64,000 bases of DNA from Vezdaea acicularis. Lineage: Eukaryota. The stretch is taken from positions 1-64,000 of the forward strand of contig JAPEUI010000038.1 of the NCBI GenBank assembly GCA_026025075.1. The letters are read 5' to 3'. Shown piece after piece: positions 61,901 to 64,000 of the stretch; the first letter of the stretch is position 1; each line of letters begins with the position of its first letter. Made by a program: the position numbers and the translations under genes. The notes under the pieces are model-generated. The model saw only the letters and a program-made list of their open reading frames with translations. It searched no databases and was not told the origin of the DNA.

Positions 61901-64000
61901 CTACATCTTAGTATACGCCTCCTGTAATGACTTTGCCTCATCATGTCGACCTTGTTTATCAAAGAAAATTGCCAGGCTCTGCACCGTCATCAGCGTGTCC
62001 GGGTGCTCGCATCCTAGCTTCTCCTCCCAGCCCTTCAGCGCCCGGTTGTACAGCTCCTCCGCCTCGCCGTACCGGCCTTGGTGTTGATAGACAACTGCCA
62101 GGCTGTGCACCGTCGTCAGCGTGTGTGGGTGCTCGCGCCCTAGCTTCTCCTCCCGGCCCTTCAGCGCCCGTTTGAACAGCTTCTCCGCCTCATCGTACCG
62201 GCCCTGGTTTCGATAGACAAGTGCCAGGCTCTGCACCGTCCGCAGCGTCTCCGGGTGCCCGCGCCCCAGCTTCTCCTCCTGGCCCTTCAGCGCCCGCTTG
62301 TGCAGCTCCTCCGCCTCGCTGTACCGGCCCTGGTGTCGATAGACGTTTGCCAGGTTCTGCACCGTCCGCAGCGTGTCCGGGTGCCCGCGCCCCAGCTTCT
62401 CCTCCTGGCCCTTCAGCGCCCGCTCGAACAGCCCCTCCGCCTTGTCGTACCGGCGCTGGTCTCGATAGACGGATGCCAGGTTCTGCACCGTCCGCAGCGT
62501 GTCCGGGTGCTCGCGCCCCAGCTTCTCCTCCTGGCCCTCCAGCGCCCGGTTGTACAGCTCCTCCGCCTCGCTGTACCGGCCCTGGTCTTGATAGACGTTT
62601 GCCAGGTTCTGCATCATCGTCAGCGTGTCCGGGTGCTCGCATCCTAGCTTCTCCTCTTGGCCCTTCAGCGCCCGCTTGTACAGCTCCTCCGCCTCGCTGT
62701 ACCGGCCCTGGCCTTGATAGACGCCTGCCAGGTTGTGCACCGTCCGCAGCGTGTCCGGGTGCTCGCGCCCCAGCTTCTCCTCCTGGCCCTCCAGCGCCCG
62801 TTTGAACAGCTTCTCCGCCTCATCGTACCGGCCCTGGTTTCGATAGACAAGTGCCAGGTTCTGCACCGTCCGCAGCGTGTCCGGGTGCCCGCGCCCCAGC
62901 TTCTCCTCCCAGCCCTTCAGCGCCTGGTTGTACAGCTCCTCCGCCTCGTCGTACCGGCCCTGCTGGTGATAGACGATTGCCAGGCTCTGCACCGTCCGCA
63001 GCGTGTCCGGGTGCCCGCGCCCTAGCTTCTCCTCCTGGCCCTTCAGCGCCCGCTCGAACAGCTCCTTCGCCTCGCCGTACCGGCCCTGGTCTTCATAGAC
63101 GATTGCCAGGTTCTGCACCGTCCGCAGCGTGTCCGGGTGCCCGCGCCCCAGCTTCTCCTCCTGGCCCTTCAGCGCCCGGTTGTACAGCTCTTCCGCCTCG
63201 CCGTACCGGCCCTGGCCAGTGTAGAAGAATGCAAACAATAACCCTGAACCTGGGCAGTGTTCAAAGCCTAGGAGTTGTCTCTCCAGAAGTTCTCTCTCGT
63301 TTTGAACGCAAGCGTCAATATGAAGAATAGTTTCCTGATTTACTTCCAGAGATAACACGGCATCTCCAACATCTTCCAGATATTCTGAAAGTGCCACAAT
63401 TGATTCCAACGCAAATTGTTGCTGCAGATCATGACTTTTCCGAAGCTTGATCCAGTCACGGACAACAGGATGGATTGAGAATTGCCGCTCTTTGCCTTGC
63501 TGATCTGGTTGTTGTAATAGTGAGAGTTTTTGAAACTCGGCAAGTACATCTCCTAATTTATAGCTGTTCCATTTCCTTTCTGTAACGAATATTTCCATCC
63601 ACTCAGGCATGTGTCCCTTGTAGTAAGCTCTGAAGTACTTTTCAGATATAGTTTTGTTATCAAAAAAGGCAGCCAACGTTAAAAAATGGTCTTTCCTTTC
63701 TTTTTCTTTTCTGATCATATCAAATGACAACTCCCACGTGGTGAAAACGCTAAGCATTGTCTCTTTTTCATCGTTGCTTAGTTTTCTGCTGTACTCCCAT
63801 TCCTCTGGTATTTCTTTAAGAATCACTTCTTTCCGCCTACTGTAATGCACTAAGAAATCCTTCAGTTGCAGGCGTCGTGCGCGAATATAAGCTCCAGCTT
63901 GGTCAAGGGCAAGAGCAAGGTGGCCTAATGTATCTGCTATTTTTAGTCCTTGAATTCTTTCTTCATCATTTAACGTTAAACCTGGTAGCAAGAGACTTAG
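61901..64000 (-). CDS. NLR-like STAND protein: NB-ARC (partial) + TPR array, 5'-partial
   Basis: IADTLGHLALALDQAGAYI (GLPLA-equivalent), SVFTTWELSF, FSIHPVVRDW (MHD-like), followed by about ten 42-aa TPR units. The ORF runs off the window end. Confidence 0.92.
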   Translation of the reverse strand, partial: LSLLLPGLTLNDEERIQGLKIADTLGHLALALDQAGAYIRARRLQLKDFLVHYSRRKEVILKEIPEEWEYSRKLSNDEKETMLSVFTTWELSFDMIRKEKERKDHFLTLAAFFDNKTISEKYFRAYYKGHMPEWMEIFVTERKWNSYKLGDVLAEFQKLSLLQQPDQQGKERQFSIHPVVRDWIKLRKSHDLQQQFALESIVALSEYLEDVGDAVLSLEVNQETILHIDACVQNERELLERQLLGFEHCPGSGLLFAFFYTGQGRYGEAEELYNRALKGQEEKLGRGHPDTLRTVQNLAIVYEDQGRYGEAKELFERALKGQEEKLGRGHPDTLRTVQSLAIVYHQQGRYDEAEELYNQALKGWEEKLGRGHPDTLRTVQNLALVYRNQGRYDEAEKLFKRALEGQEEKLGREHPDTLRTVHNLAGVYQGQGRYSEAEELYKRALKGQEEKLGCEHPDTLTMMQNLANVYQDQGRYSEAEELYNRALEGQEEKLGREHPDTLRTVQNLASVYRDQRRYDKAEGLFERALKGQEEKLGRGHPDTLRTVQNLANVYRHQGRYSEAEELHKRALKGQEEKLGRGHPETLRTVQSLALVYRNQGRYDEAEKLFKRALKGREEKLGREHPHTLTTVHSLAVVYQHQGRYGEAEELYNRALKGWEEKLGCEHPDTLMTVQSLAIFFDKQGRHDEAKSLQEAYTKM
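61965..63216 (-). repeat. Tandem array of about ten 126-bp GC-rich coding repeats
   Basis: The unit ...gccaggttctgcaccgtccgcagcgtgtccgggtgcccgcgccccagcttctcctcctggcccttcagcgccc... recurs every 126 bp. Confidence 0.97.

Noticed and set aside
61965..63216. CRISPR-like or non-coding repeat array; antisense ORFs 62190-63330
   Set aside because: The units are contiguous in-frame 126-bp coding repeats without unique spacers. The other-frame ORFs are shadows of the GC-rich TPR array.
1..64000. Transposons, tRNA/rRNA genes, secondary-metabolite cluster
   Set aside because: I saw no transposase or RT ORFs, terminal repeats, tRNA A/B boxes, rRNA motifs or PKS/NRPS genes by eye. Short elements could have been missed.

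Overview
Intron-containing, gene-dense DNA from a filamentous ascomycete (Pezizomycotina, inferred from short GT-AG introns with CTRAC-type branch points and the gene families present). I can support about 23 protein-coding genes plus one pseudogene. Most are conserved genes: an LRR protein, a PTH11-like membrane protein, a DCR2-type phosphoesterase, a Zn2Cys6 factor, a BCAS3-like propeller, a DCAF6-like WD40 protein, CWC2, GCN2, RBG2, SIS1, SNRNP27, a fungal rhodopsin, a DUF1770-like protein, a GFA protein, a BAR protein, a WHIM1-like protein, RPL2, a ZNF511-like protein, an EST1/SMG7-like protein, ADO1 and a KSP1-like kinase. The most interesting signals are: (1) three dispersed, highly diverged small secreted proteins sharing one cysteine skeleton; (2) a right-end NLR-type NB-ARC-TPR gene whose 126-bp repeat array shows a 630-bp higher-order periodicity and hypervariable positions, facing a decayed TPR-ZZ pseudogene; (3) two candidate structured non-coding RNAs, one intergenic at ~12.8-13.1 kb and one in the long last intron of ADO1; (4) a rhodopsin with an intact DTD proton-pump motif; (5) a head-to-head GCN2/RBG2 pair. 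Family assignments come from motif recognition only (no searches run), and exon boundaries were read by eye.
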